Positions 1 to 13,000 of a DNA stretch of 64,000 nucleotides are shown piece after piece. Each line of letters opens with the position of its first letter. Position 1 is the stretch's first letter. The stretch spans positions 82,398,001-82,462,000 of the forward strand of contig OX597820.1 of NCBI GenBank assembly GCA_951406725.2. The letters run 5' to 3'. Both the position numbers and the translations under genes were made by a program. The notes under the pieces are model-generated. The model ran no database searches, had not been told where the DNA came from, and saw nothing but the letters and a program-made list of their open reading frames with translations. The DNA is from Octopus vulgaris. Lineage: Eukaryota.

Positions 1-150
1 AAAACAAAACAACCAATTTAATAAATGTTCGTCGTTCACAAAGTCCCTTTAAATATAAGCAAGAGGGAGAAAAGAGAGGACTCACTATATATATATGGTT
101 AAGCTATATATATATATATACATATAGCTTAACCATAAGCGATGGAGTAA

Positions 151-202
151 TCACTACTGATGAGCTTTAATTTCAAGCGAAACTGGCTTGCTAGTATTGC
201 GA
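151..202 (+). ncRNA. Type I hammerhead ribozyme-like motif (stem I decayed)
   Basis: CTGATGA(157-163)-GCTT..AAGC-GAAA-CTGGC/GCTAG-GTA(194-196); stems II and III pair, stem I is poor. Confidence 0.6.
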
Positions 203-382
203 CCTCGCTCGCTGTGGGGCCCTTTCCCTCCCCTGTCACTACATAGACAAGGTTCTTTTTGTGGGCGTAAGGGTCTTTAACTTTTGTTTCTAGCAATGTA
301 GGTGCTACCCTGCACCCTCAGTCACTATTAGTGACAATTGAGGTTTTCCTTTTTGGTTTTATATTGCGTCTAGCCCCCCTCG

Positions 383-384
<2 letters not shown>

Positions 385-447
<63 letters not shown>
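385..447. repeat. (TA)n microsatellite (one of dozens of TA/CA/GA/TATC/TACA/AAT/CTA tracts in the window)
   Basis: Direct dinucleotide repeat. Confidence 0.98.
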
Positions 448-448
<1 letters not shown>

Positions 449-1582
449 CATAATATGTGTATGTACGTGTATGCATGAATGTAAGTATGTATGTATAATG
501 CATTTTATTAAAAACTGACACCTTCGCGAATCGTTTCGCCCTGTTTGCTGGACGATTATGTAAAACAGAATTGAAATAGGATTTTTAAAATGCAACTAGT
601 GAACGGATTTGAATATGAAGACTAGCTTCGTTTGGATAATATAACTGAACAGAAGACTTTATTCATTGACAATATAACCGTCACTTGAAAAATATGCGGT
701 TGAAATAGGGTATCTGCTTCTTAGGAGAAAGAAAGAAAGAAAGGAATGGTATAGATATACGTATGGGAAAACACAAACACTCACACATGTAGGTGAATGT
801 AAAAGAAAAGAAGTTTATAAACGTGAGAGTGTAAGAAAGTTTAAAATTGTAAAGGAAATATCTAATTATATATAAATGATAAATATACAAAAAGAGGTGA
901 CAGTGACAGTAAAAATCGCGAGAATGTCATTGCATCATATTAAAATAGCGAACAGAGAATGAAACTAGATAGAAAAAATAAAACTACTTTATAACGTAAC
1001 TTTCCTACTTATAATTCCACAAACATCTTGAAGATTAGTTACGAAAACGTTATTAAGAGCAAAATATAAACTAAAAATGAGCACACAGACACATCGCTCT
1101 TGTAATGAACTAAGAACAGTGAGTTGTCACTCACTGAAAGCTACTTGGAATAAACGAAAAGTAAAAATAAAAATTATCTGACAATTACAATTTTGTCGGT
1201 TATAGCATAAATCCCCATCATTTTTGTTGCTTACAACAAAAACTCGACAATAAAAATGTCATTATTATTCACACAACAATCAGTAGATGAGACTGAGGCT
1301 GTTTCGAAATGTTTGTAGAAAATATAGATTCAATCAAAGTAGAATACATACATAATACAGAACAAATTGGCACAGTTTGTTTCATTCCATTGAAAATACA
1401 ATATGAAAATACATCTTCTATTATCACTGATGGTTGAATTTGACAAGTTCGAATGATAGGATAATGTTGTAGAAAGTAAAAGGATTTCTGTTTCGGCTTC
1501 AAGCCATGTTACACGAAAGACTGCAACATTACTGAGCAATAGTGAACGTAGTTTTCCACTACAAGGAGTGCTGATTGAGAAC

Positions 1583-1629
<47 letters not shown>

Positions 1630-2585
1630 AGTGTGTATATGTACATGACTATGTCTGTATGCACATGCAAGTGAATCTGTAATGTACCAACGAGTGCATG
1701 TGAGTGTGTATACATGCATAGTATAACAATCCAGCTATATGCGTAAACCAGTATGAATGCTGGCTAGAAAGTTGCGAATTTGTATTCTCAAAGAATTTGC
1801 TTTCGTGTATGAAATTGTCTATTCTGTTGACGTGGCATCACGTTTAATGGAACTTGTTCGGTTGTCAGGCAGTGTATCGAGAAAGCCATATACTTCGAAT
1901 GTAGAATGAATCTTGTTATCTATCTGTGTAAAGAGAGACATCTTAAGCACAATTGTATGTAGAACGATTCATGTCCTGTGTGTAGCAATGCATTCTAGGC
2001 TGTCTGTAGGCAATGCAACTGAGTTCAGGTTTGATAGGTATATCACTAGGCTGTGAGGGATTTCGTACGCTTGTTGATCTTGATGCATACTAATCGCTGG
2101 TTGGCTTCGACCGTTAAATGAACACTTGTGTCTCTACATCACAGACATACCACGAAATGTTGAACATAACTTTTTTGTATATTACTACACACGTTAATGG
2201 CTTACGAACATTATTGTTTCATAAAGGATTTATAAGGAAATATGAAAAGAAAAAAATATCGTTAACAAAGAAAGAACAAAGCTCGAACACAATTGTGTAT
2301 TCAATATATATTTGAAAGAAAAAAAATTTCTTACAGACATATACACACATACGTACGCAAACACACACACATGCCTCTCTCTCTCACTCTCTCTCTCTCT
2401 CTCTCTCTCACTCACTCTCTCTCTCTCTCTCTCACTCTCTCTCTCTCTCTCTCTCTCTGAGTGCTTGCGCGTGTGAGTGTCTGTGTATGTGAATGGATGA
2501 ATGACAAAAACAACCGGAAGTGTTATTATCCTACTAAAACGAACGAGAACCATAACACAATGAAATACTGAATAATAATAATAAC

Positions 2586-2650
<65 letters not shown>

Positions 2651-3284
2651 TGTTACGACTAACATTATTGGATGGTTGTAGTTCCTGTGTGTGAGAAAGT
2701 TTCCAATATTCGATAAATCTCATCTTCTTCCCAGCTTTTCTTGTCTTTTCCTGAATAAAACGACGTGGTTTGTGCATACAATAGTTTGACGTTAACACAC
2801 ACAATACCGTTATTTTGAAAAAAAAAAGCAAAATGAAAATAAAAAAGAGATTAAGGCCCTCATTATATCAATGCAGATATGTATGTTTTGTTAAATACGA
2901 TGATCATGTGTATAATCAAATACTTATATATATATATATAAATATAAATGTTAATATGTATATACATATATAAATGTATAATGTTAATATGTATATACAT
3001 ATATAAATGTATAAATGAATATGTAGATATACATATGAATGTGTGTATGTAAAAGCAATGTAAGTATCTGTGTGATTATGTGCGTGTATACACACACATA
3101 CACGTACACATAAATAAATATATGTACGTGTATATACGTGCATGAAAATATGCATGTATATATCTTTGTGTAACAGGGAGAAAGCGAACCCTATACATCA
3201 AGCAGAACATACTCTTTTATTAACTGAAATCCCTACAGGTTTGACTGAAGGGCCAAGAGTTTCGTGCCAAGGATAACAGATATA

Positions 3285-3640
3285 CAGGAGTGACTGTGTG
3301 GTAAGTAGCTTGCTTACAAACCACATGATTCTGGGTTCAGTCCCACTGCGTGGCACTTTGGGCAAGTGTCTTCTACTATAGCCTCGGGCCAACCAAAGCT
3401 TTGTGAGTGGATTTGGTAGACGGAAACTGAAAGAAGCCTGTCGTATATATGTATATATATATGTGTGTGTGTTTGTGTGTCTGTGTTTGTCGCCCCAACA
3501 TCGCCTGACAACCGATGCTGGTGTGTTTACGTCCCCGTAACTTAGCGGTTCGGCAAAAGAGACCGATAGAATAAGTACTAGGCTTACAAAGAATAAGTCC
3601 TGGGATCGATTTGCTCGACTAAAGGTGGTGCTCCAGCATG
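3285..3640 (+). mobile_element. tRNA-derived SINE with CORE-like central domain
   Basis: A/B-box-like head (TGTGTGGTAAG...GGGTTCAGTCCC), TGCGTGGCACTTTGGGCAAGTGTCTT core-like segment, internal (TA)/(TG) tract; more than 10 related copies in the window. Confidence 0.85.
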
Positions 3641-3651
3641 TCTCTAATGTA

Positions 3652-3697
<46 letters not shown>

Positions 3698-3904
3698 TAT
3701 ATATATATATAAATACATACATAAATATAAGGGTAGAAATTATTAAAATAAATAATTACCAGTAGTTCACATGCGAAATAAAAGTCATAATTTATAAAAT
3801 ATTTTATATAAGAGTTTATAAAGATTTCTACACGGTGAGAACACCCTTGACAGAACTTCTTACATGCTGAAAAGGGCAGTTAAAATCCAAACCACGATAA
3901 AAAG

Positions 3905-3976
3905 AACCCTACTGATGAGCTACATATGCCAAATTAATTCATTTGGTCATTAATAGCGAAACTTGAGTATAGGGTT
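3905..3976 (+). ncRNA. Intact minimal type I hammerhead ribozyme (Penelope pLTR type)
   Basis: AACCCTA-CTGATGA-GCTA..TAGC-GAAAC-TTGA-GTA-TAGGGTT: perfect 7-bp stem I, extended stem II, near-palindromic stem III, GUA cleavage triplet. Confidence 0.88.
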
Positions 3977-4536
3977 AACTAAATTTTAGTGGAACACCGA
4001 CTATGAACGTTTCATAGCAAAGCTTGTTACATAAATTGTAAATTACGCAGAACCAACCTTTGCTAATCTGCGTTCCTGTTACCAGGTCCTATGTATGTAA
4101 CATTAATCAACTTATGCAACATTCATCGATTAGCTATTAAACGTTCGTTGTTCATGTTTTACCTAATCCATTCCTTACTTTCTTGGATTGTTGTTCGCAT
4201 TTTCAATATGGGATGAGGTATGTAACTTTCGATGTTAATAAACTCGTTTTATTGTACAGTATACAGTCAAACTTTTGTCGTCTTTACTAGCTGCATAAAT
4301 GCTCGAAGATTACTAATTTCCTACACTTGGATGCCTGGATCGTACTTAACTAACACCATACTTGTGTGTGTGTGCGTGTGTGTGTGTGCGTGTGTGTGTG
4401 TGCGTGTGTGTGTGAGCGCGCGTGTTTGTCTGTATGTCTCTGTGTGTATATATATATATATACATATATAGGTTGTAAAATTTCTGCCTTTAGCTTGTAA
4501 AATTGCGAATTAGCTACCCTCCCCCATATGCGCGCG

Positions 4537-4592
<56 letters not shown>

Positions 4593-4753
4593 GGCGAGAG
4601 AGTTGGTATGTGAAAGCACGTGGTTGGATGTATAAAAGACAAAATAGAGTGAAAAAACTACAGAAGGCTTGTGTTATATGGTTAAAGAATATATTTAGAT
4701 CGTAATGTTAGAAAAATGTTATAAAATTTTGCATTATAGTAACATTGTTTTCG

Positions 4754-4792
4754 GAGAAATAACCGATTTCGTATTTTCTTTTCAAATTTCTC
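4754..4792 (-). ncRNA. Minimal hammerhead-like motif with U3:A8 variant core
   Basis: Minus strand GAGAAAT-TTGAAAA-G AAAATA C-GAAA-TCGG-TT-ATTTCTC: perfect 7-bp stem I, about 230 nt downstream of a PLE GIY-YIG stop on the same strand. Confidence 0.6.
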
Positions 4793-5021
4793 AAATTACT
4801 TTACCTATACTGTGTCATGTCTTCGCTATGTTGTGAAATATGGAGTTCTAGGCAGGGGGAGGTAATCAGGGATTTTTTTGTATAAGGGAGATAATGAAAA
4901 ATGTTGGGAATGACTAGGTTTTATGAATTTAACATGATTTGGTTTAGAAGAATAGAATGTTACAAGTGGTTAAGTTTTGCTTTACATTTTTTCAATGGGG
5001 TGAGTTTCATTATTTAAAATG

Positions 5022-5480
5022 TTAGAAATGGTTAAGTTTTGGCTTATATTTTTCAATGAAGAAGGTTTCCTTGTTTAATCTAACTTGTGTTGGTGTTCCA
5101 GTAGCACATTGATAGAATGGAAAGCTTATAAATTGTGGTAGTAGTTGCTTTGCGCATTTCTCATTGGAATGCAATCTGCTGTCGGTGCAGAGTGCATCTG
5201 CGTCTGAGCAATAATCCCTTGGACTCTATGTAGTTTTGGTGGCAGCCCGAGCATCTTATAACATAAATCAGGTTTTCTGAAGTAAAGTAAAGGCAGATTT
5301 GATATTGAATTTTTGTCCCTCTTTGAAAAGTAATTCTGATCCTTCCAGATGTTTGGGGCATGTTGCGCAATTTGGACGACCACATTTTTCACTGTTGCGT
5401 CCGTTATTTTAGAAAATAATCTTGCATTTGTGAGGATCCTTTTTCAGTGATTTCGGTTGTTTGTGGTTTTTAATGATCAT
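5022..5480 (-). pseudogene. Penelope-like retroelement (Neptune-type) Zn-linker and GIY-YIG endonuclease remnant
   Basis: Frameshifted translation: KQPKSLK.ILTNA, CGRPNCATC (CxxxxCxxC linker), SENLIYVIRCSGCHQNYI..LRRRCTLHRQQI, RLNKETFFIEKYKPKLN-HF-stop. Confidence 0.85.
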
Positions 5481-5564
5481 ATGTGTGTGTAAAATTTCCT
5501 TTAATTTGGGGGCCTTATGTAGCATTGGTAAATTCTGGGTGATGATGGTGAAGGCTTCTTTGTT

Positions 5565-5874
5565 TCGACCCCAGGACATTGTAAGCCTTATTCGATCGGC
5601 CTCTTGTGTCGAACCGCTAGGTTAGGGGCGTAAACACACCAACATCGGTTGTCAAGTGAGGGTGGGGGAACGGACATACACACACACACATACACACACA
5701 TATATATATACGACGGACTTCTTTTAAATTTCCGTCTACCAAATCCACTTACAAGTCTTTGGTTGGCCCGAGGCTATAGTAGAACACACTTGCCCAAGGA
5801 GCCATGCAGTGGGACTGAACCCGGAACCATGTGGTTAGGAAGCTAGCTTCTTACCACACAGCCGTTACTGTGCC
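5565..5874 (-). mobile_element. CORE-like tRNA SINE
   Basis: Reverse-complement homology to 3285-3640. Confidence 0.82.
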
Positions 5875-5934
5875 GATTACGTACATATAATATTATATAT
5901 TTCTTTACTGCATGTATGAAAATATATATGGAAC

Positions 5935-6150
5935 CGTGTGACTTAGTGGTTTTTGTGCCGCACTCATGACCGTAAAATTATTGTTTCGATTCCTGGGTGA
6001 CGCATCGTGTGTTGGAGCGGAACACTTCATTTCACGTAGCTTCAGACCACTCATCTGGCAAAAATGAATAATGTCTGCGATGAATAGGCGTCCCGTGCAG
6101 GGTTAGGAGGAAAATATATACGTCACAGAATCTGGGCAACCGGCCTTATA
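5935..6150 (+). mobile_element. Degenerate tRNA-derived SINE with V-domain-like segment
   Basis: TGACTTAGTGG / GTTTCGATTCC boxes, followed by CTGCGATGAATAGGCGTCCCGTGCAGGG, which resembles the V-SINE motif. Confidence 0.5.
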
Positions 6151-6335
6151 GATATCCAAAACTATCAAATGTCCTTTCCGGAGCTTTTGACCAACGCCGG
6201 CAAAAACCACCATATAAACCAAAATGAACATCTGATGAAGGACCTTTGGGCCGAAAGCACTAACGAATGTGGGCCTAATCGAGTAACTAACAACAAGGCT
6301 ATACGCAGATCACACGCCACTTGTAGGTTCTATCA

Positions 6336-6450
<115 letters not shown>

Positions 6451-6454
6451 GATC

Positions 6455-6667
6455 TTTCTTTTCTTTTTTCTTTTACTTGTTCAGTCATTTGACTGTGGCC
6501 ATGCTGGAGCAGCACCTTTAGTCGAACAAATCAACCCCAGGACTTATTCTTTGTAAGCCTAGTACTTATTCTATCGGTCTCTTTTGCTGAACCGCTAAGT
6601 TACAGGGACGTAAACACACCAGCATCGGTTGTCAAACGATGTGGGGGGCACAAACACATAGACACAT

Positions 6668-6699
<32 letters not shown>

Positions 6700-6871
6700 G
6701 AATATATATATACATATATACGACAGGCTTCTTTCAGTTTCCGTCAATCAAATCCACTCACAAGGCTTTGGTCGGCCCGCGGTTATAGTAGAAGACATTT
6801 GCCCAAGGTGAAACGCAGTGGGACTCAACCCAGAACCATGTGGTTGGTAAGCAAGCTACTTACCACACGCC
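6455..6871 (-). mobile_element. CORE-like tRNA SINE inserted in (TATC)n
   Basis: Near full-length homolog of the family; (TATC)n on both sides (about 6330-6450 and 6875-6992). Confidence 0.87.
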
Positions 6872-6897
6872 TACTATCTATCTATCTATCTATCTAC

Positions 6898-6992
<95 letters not shown>

Positions 6993-7449
6993 AAGTGAGT
7001 TGATGTATATCAACTGTAATTGAGTTAAATCATTATAATGCTATAATCATTGGTGGAATAAACCTGCCTATGTAAACAGATTCTGTAAAACGATAGGCTA
7101 AAGCAACATATAATAGTAAAAAGTAGCAAATCATAAATTTCACGTATGATTCATAATTAAATTGTTCTGTAGTGCTGTTTCAATAAATGGAGTAAAAACA
7201 TCATTTATATAATTAAGTAATTAACATACATGATTAATTAATTAAATTAATTAATTTGAATGTAATGGGTAATCCATTTTCTTAGGATGAAATATTTTAA
7301 ATATGATATAAACTAGACAGGATGAAAAAAAAAAGAAATAGAGAGAAAAGAAGACCCAGATAGATAGAAAGCGACAAAGGTGAAAAAAAAAATCCGACAA
7401 AGATGAAAAGCAAAAAAAAGAAAATGATAGAAAAAAATGACTGAGAGAG

Positions 7450-7612
<163 letters not shown>

Positions 7613-8186
7613 TGTGGAGAAGAGATGAGTTAACTATTTTCTCAGAAGAAAAAGCTGAAAAATCGAAATAATATTGTTTTAATTACGATATAAACGAGAC
7701 AGAAAGAAAAGCAAAAAAAAAAAAAAAAGAAAGAAAATAAGACCCAAGCAAAGGAGAGGGAGGGAGGAAGTGGAAGGAGAAGAGAAAATTAGGAAAAACG
7801 AAACGGAGATAAATGGCAGAGAAAAAACGAGAGAGAGAGAAAGAGAGAAAGCAACAGAGTAAGTCAGAGATAATAACCCACTATGTATATTTTTCTCTTT
7901 TTTCTTGCATAGATGTTGATGACTTTTCTGTCTCTCCCTCCCTCTCTTTTGCTTTGTCTGTCTGTCTCTCTCTGTCTCTCTCTTTGTCACTCTCTCTGTG
8001 CCTGTTTCTCTCTGTAATGGCAAATGAAAGAGAGGAAAGGAACGGGAGAGTGAAATGGCAGTGGTCAGAAGAATAGAAGTTGGTGAAGAAAAATAGAAAG
8101 CTGAAGGTTAGTAGACAGATGAATGTGAGAGGAATGGTACTGCTTACTGGCATGGGAGTAGACAGAAGAATGACAACTGATAGAAC

Positions 8187-8520
8187 CTATCTATCTATCC
8201 GCTCAGTCGAAGTAAACTCTCGGTTACTCGTTGGATCAGTGTCCTCCAGTCAGTTCTATCCTGGGCCGCTTCTTTCAGATTGGCTATGTCCATTCCGGTA
8301 TCACTCTTGATGGTGTCAAGCCAGTGGATTCTTGGTCGGCCTCTTCCTCTCTTGCCACTGATCATTTCGAGCATGATGTCCTTCACCAGGGATTTTCTCC
8401 GCATAATATGACCGAAATATGCCAATCTATGCTTGGTGATCCTAGCTTCTAGCGACATTTTCGGCCTGATCTGCTTAAGAACTTCTCCATTGGTGAGCCT
8501 CGCTGTCCACGGAATCCATT
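8187..8520 (-). mobile_element. 5'-truncated RTE-clade (BovB-like) LINE
   Basis: WTARLTN.EVL..RLAYFGHIMRR..SGKRGRGRPR..WLD..DRTDWR C-terminus; (ATAG)n tail; TSD CTGATAGAAC at 8177-8186 and 8521-8530. Confidence 0.92.
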
Positions 8521-8745
8521 CTGATAGAACAATGGCAGTAAATGCAGGCATGGCAGTTGGTAGAAGAATGATGGAGGCATGGAATTAGGTAGATGAATGG
8601 CAATAAAAGGGGTGAATTAAAGTATTTATCCGAAAGGTAGAAGAGAGACAAAATGCAGCGGAGGAATGTCAATTGATATAGGAATGGTAATGTGATGAAG
8701 AATGAAAGAAGGAAGCGGAATGGCATCCGAGATGGGAATGGTAAA

Positions 8746-8979
8746 GGCGGCGAGCTGGCAGAAACGTTAGCACGCCGGGCGAAATGCGTAGCCGTATTTC
8801 GTCTGCCACTACGTTCTGAGTTCAAATTCCGTCGAGGTCGACTTTGCTTTTCATCCTTTCGGGGTCGATTAAATAAGTACCAGTTACGCACTGGGGTCGA
8901 TAAAATCGACTTAATCCGTTTGTCTGTCCTTGTTTGTCCTCTCTGTGTTTAGCCCCTTGTGGGTAGTAAAGAAATAGGT
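8746..8979 (+). mobile_element. tRNA-derived SINE with Meta-domain-like core
   Basis: GGCGGCGAGCTGGCAGAA head, GAGTTCAAATTCC B-box, GC(T)TTTCATCCTTTCGGGGTCGATTAAATAAGTACC Meta-like motif. Confidence 0.85.
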
Positions 8980-9169
8980 ACTCGTTAGAGAAAGGGTAGA
9001 AGGTAGAAGAATAACAGTGGGTAGAGAAACCGTGGCAGATGACGAACAGAAATTGATAGAGGACAGGCAATATTTAGAAGGGTGGTAATAAATAAAGGAA
9101 TGGCAGTAAGTAGGGGAAAGATAGTTGATAAAGGAACGGTAGCAAGTTGCAGTTTTGAGTGTAGATATA

Positions 9170-9394
9170 TATTTCTTTACTACCCACAAGGGGCTAAACA
9201 CAGAGGGGACAAACAAGGACAGACAAAGGGATTAAGTCGATTACATCGACCCCAGTGCGTAACTGGTACTTAATTTATCGACCCCGAAAGGATGAAAGGC
9301 AAAGCCGACCTCGGCGGAATTTGAACTCGGAACGTAACGACAGACGAAATACGGCTACGCATTTCGCCCGGCGCGCTAACGTTTCTGCCAGCTC
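9170..9394 (-). mobile_element. Meta-domain SINE
   Basis: Homolog of 8746-8979; TSD GAGTGTAGATATA at 9157-9169 and 9395-9407. Confidence 0.9.
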
Positions 9395-11033
9395 GAGTGT
9401 AGATATAGGGATCATAGTACATAGAAGAAAGGTAGTGTAAAGAAGACTGATATTAGGGAGATGACTGGCATTAAGGAGACAGTAGACAGAGGAATGATGA
9501 AAGATAAAGGAAAGTAATTAAAGAGAAAAGCAGCATTAAATAGAAGAATGGCTGTAGACTGAGGAATGAATATGAATGGAAGAAAGACAACTGAGAGAGA
9601 GGAATCGCAATAGACTAAGGAATGGAGCTAGGTAGAATGGTGGTAGTAGCGATAGATTGGGGGTAAAAGATGGAGCATAGTTAAGAGAGAGAGAGAGGGG
9701 GGAGATTATGGTACTATTTAGAGGAATGTCAGTATATAAGAGATGGGCGGTGATAAAGAAATGGTACTAGAAACGAATACTGGCAATAGACATCATAATT
9801 GTGGTAGATAGAGGAATGGCTGAAGAGAGAGAAATAGCAATAGTAAAAAGAGGACCCTATCAATAGACAGAGGATTGTCAGTAGATAGAAGAATGATACA
9901 TGATAGAGAAACGCCAGTAGATGGGAAAACAGCAGTAGAACAAGGATTTGTAGGAGATAAAAGGATAATGGTAGAGGTATGCTTTAGATTGAGTAATTTC
10001 AGTATATAGTGGAGGTGCATTAAATAGATATAGGAATGATAGACATAGAAACTGGCATAGAACAGAGGAATGTCAGTAGAGAGATGAAAATAATTAAGTA
10101 TAAGAAAGGCATTGGCTAGAAGAATGGCTATAGGTGGAGTATTTAAATAGTATAGAGGAATGGTCGTATGTGGAGGGTTTGCAGTAGATGTGGCTGTTTT
10201 AGCGGACTGTCAATAAATAGAAGAATGTCAGAAGAAAATGCAATAGCTGTGGAGTACGGAGTAGCACTTGTATAGAGAAATGGCTGTAGGTACAAGAATG
10301 TCGGTAGATTGTAGAATTATCGTTGATAGAGGATTGGCGCTAGACACACGAATATTTTCAGATAGCAGAATGAAAATAGTTAGAATTATGACAGTACATA
10401 GCAGAATCTTTCGATTATCGGCTCTTGCCATATTTAGTTACATGCTGTTTTGTTTTGAACTTAAAATCTGATCGCCATGAATATTATCAATTGGAGTCAT
10501 TAAACTGAGTACCCCTTATGTACTTTGGTAGATAGTTCTGTCTAATTTACTCTCCACAAATTTGTAGTCTGTTATACATTTAAGCGTAGATTCTGAAAAT
10601 CCTACTGTAAATTTCTCTACTGTGTCTTTAATTTTTAAGATATAGCCAAAAAGTTAGAGTAAGGTTTAAGCTACATAACTGCTGGGTTTTTACATTTCGA
10701 AGGACAGAGATTCGGCGCTGCAAAACATCCTTACTTAATTTATGTTTCATCAGAAACTTTAATAAGGGGTCATGCAATTTACAGCTGTTTTTTTTAAAAA
10801 TTTTCTACAGCTACGAAAATAAGGTATCATCATTTTCTTTTAGTATCTCTGTTTTTTCAAATATGCCCAGTTGCTCTGTGTAGATGCTGAGTCTTTTGAC
10901 AAATTATCTGTTAGTCTCCTTTTCAAGAAGTTTTCTGTCTTGTTTTTGTATTTGTTCATTTGATTATCACACTTCACTTTTGTAACTTGTATCAATATAA
11001 GTTATTACTATTACTACCATTACACCAACAACA

Positions 11034-11104
<71 letters not shown>

Positions 11105-12714
11105 CACCACCACCACCAACACAACAACAACCACCACTGTCATAGCGTTAATTAATTTCTTTTCAGAAACTGGAGAAGTTTATTCTTATTGTATCAGTTT
11201 TAATGTTCAGTATTTAGGAGAAAGCTGGTGAAGAAAATCCATAAATCCATATCGGAGACTATCTCGTTTAGAATGCTTCAAAGCCATTATCAATCAGTGA
11301 TTTGGTAAAAATTACTGAAAATTCTGGAGAAAATATATCTCGCCAACTTATAATTGGCTAAACTACAATTATGATTTATTTCCTTGGCGCAAAGCCAATG
11401 ATTTATGGAAAAGAAGGCGGAGGTTTGGTTGGTTTAATCGTCCGTTATTATATTAACTTAGATCATCGGACGAGTAATATATTTGATTAACTTTGATATG
11501 TTTTTGGAAATTCTATCATACTGAAGACATTCTAATTTGTCTCATAAAAACGTTAATTTTTGGAGAAGCTTTTAACCCTTGGTGCAGACTATGCAAGAAA
11601 GCTAAGGTGGGCAGCCTTAGGCACAGACAATATAAGAGAGCTAAGAAAGGGGACCCCGCATCATTGCAAAACTTATATAGAAGTAACTGACAGTGAATAT
11701 TTGCAGCTCAGCAGCATCTGTTACAGTAAACCAAATTGAAAGTTTTTTTTCTATTTAAGATAATTCTCTTTCCTATGCTGCGATATATATTTAATGAGAC
11801 CCAGGGAATTAAAATTCAACGAAGAAAAGATTTGAATCAGAATCAAAACTGCTGTAACTAAACGTTGTAAACAAAATTTTCCGTGTTCCAAAGAAGTGGC
11901 TACCATCTGAAGTTTGGGTAAATTACAATAAAAAATCCCTGTTCAAGAAACCAGCAATTATCAGAGAAATTTAGATCGTGATGTAAGACAATTTCTAGAT
12001 TGAGCGCTGTGAATCAGCTGGATTCAAATATTTCTTTTTTTTTAATACTTTTTAGCACTACCATTTCACCGAAGATTAATTTTTTGGATTTAATGCTGTT
12101 ACACTCATAGAAAGAACATCTTTTAATATCCTTCCCGGACGCTTACTTTAATTTCTGTAATTAAGACACGTGATTGCAGTGAATGAGGGACAGTAGGTCG
12201 CAAATCAGATTTTTCCCCTATATAAATGCTAGACTATAAAGACAAATGGACAGCTTCTTCAAAATTTTCCTCAACAAGTAATTTCAGGAAACATAAATTG
12301 TAGTTATGATGGTCATCTACGGGAAAAAAGGCATGTTAATTCCTTATCTTTACCTTTTACTTGTTTCATTCATTAGACTGCGGCCATGCTGGGATACCAC
12401 CCTGGAGAATTGTTAGTTGAATGAATCGACCCCAATACTTACTTTTAAGCCTACTTTAAGCCTGGTAGTTATTATATCGAACTCTTTTTGCTGAACCGCT
12501 TGTCAAACGGCGGTGTCGGACAAGTACAGATACAAAGGTGCGCGTGTGCGCTCACACACACTCACACACATATGACGGGTTTCTTTTAGTTTCCGTCTAT
12601 CAGATGCACTCACAAAGCTTTGGTCAGTCTGAGGCTATAGTAGAAGACACTTGCACAAGGTGCCATGCAGTCAAACTGAACCTGGAACCATGTGGTTAGG
12701 AAGCAAGCTTCTTA

Positions 12715-12974
12715 TTTCTTTATTGCCCACAAGACGAAATACCTATTTCTTTACTGCCCACAAGGGGCTACACAGACAGGGGACAAACAAGGACAGACAA
12801 ACGGATTAAGTCGATGATATCGACCCCAGTGCGTAACTGGTACTTATTTCATCGACTCCGAAAAAATGAAAGGCAAAGTCGACCTCGGCGAAATTTGAAC
12901 TCAGAACGTAGCAGCAGACGAAATACTGCTAAGCGTTTCGCCCGGCGTGCTAACGACTCCGCCAGCTCACCACC
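12715..12974 (-). mobile_element. Meta-domain SINE (3' half of the 5S chimera)
   Basis: Full homolog of 8746-8979 with a partly duplicated CTTGTGGGCA(A/G)TAAAGAAATA tail. Confidence 0.9.
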
Positions 12975-13000
12975 TTTTTCTTTTCTTTTCTTTTCTTTTT

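Larger units (their letters stand above)
8015..10405 (+). repeat. Degenerate 18-bp purine-rich tandem array (consensus approx. AGAGGAATGGCAGTAGAT)
   Basis: Recurrent GAGGAATGGCAGTAGA-like units at about 18-nt spacing, interrupted by one RTE fragment and two SINEs. Confidence 0.75.

Noticed and set aside
510-560. Minus-strand GAAAC..GTC half-motif (similar one near 3225-3270)
   Set aside because: No CUGANGA strand found; at most truncated relics.
1750-2120. Possible second Penelope fragment on the minus strand (IAYRQP)
   Set aside because: One short motif only; downstream Zn-linker and GIY-YIG motifs are not recoverable.
10685-10757. Minus-strand CTGATGA..GAAATGTA hammerhead candidate
   Set aside because: The base of stem II does not pair.
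11300-12330. Complex sequence possibly from a DNA transposon or host exon
   Set aside because: No diagnostic motif, TIR or sustained reading frame identified by eye.
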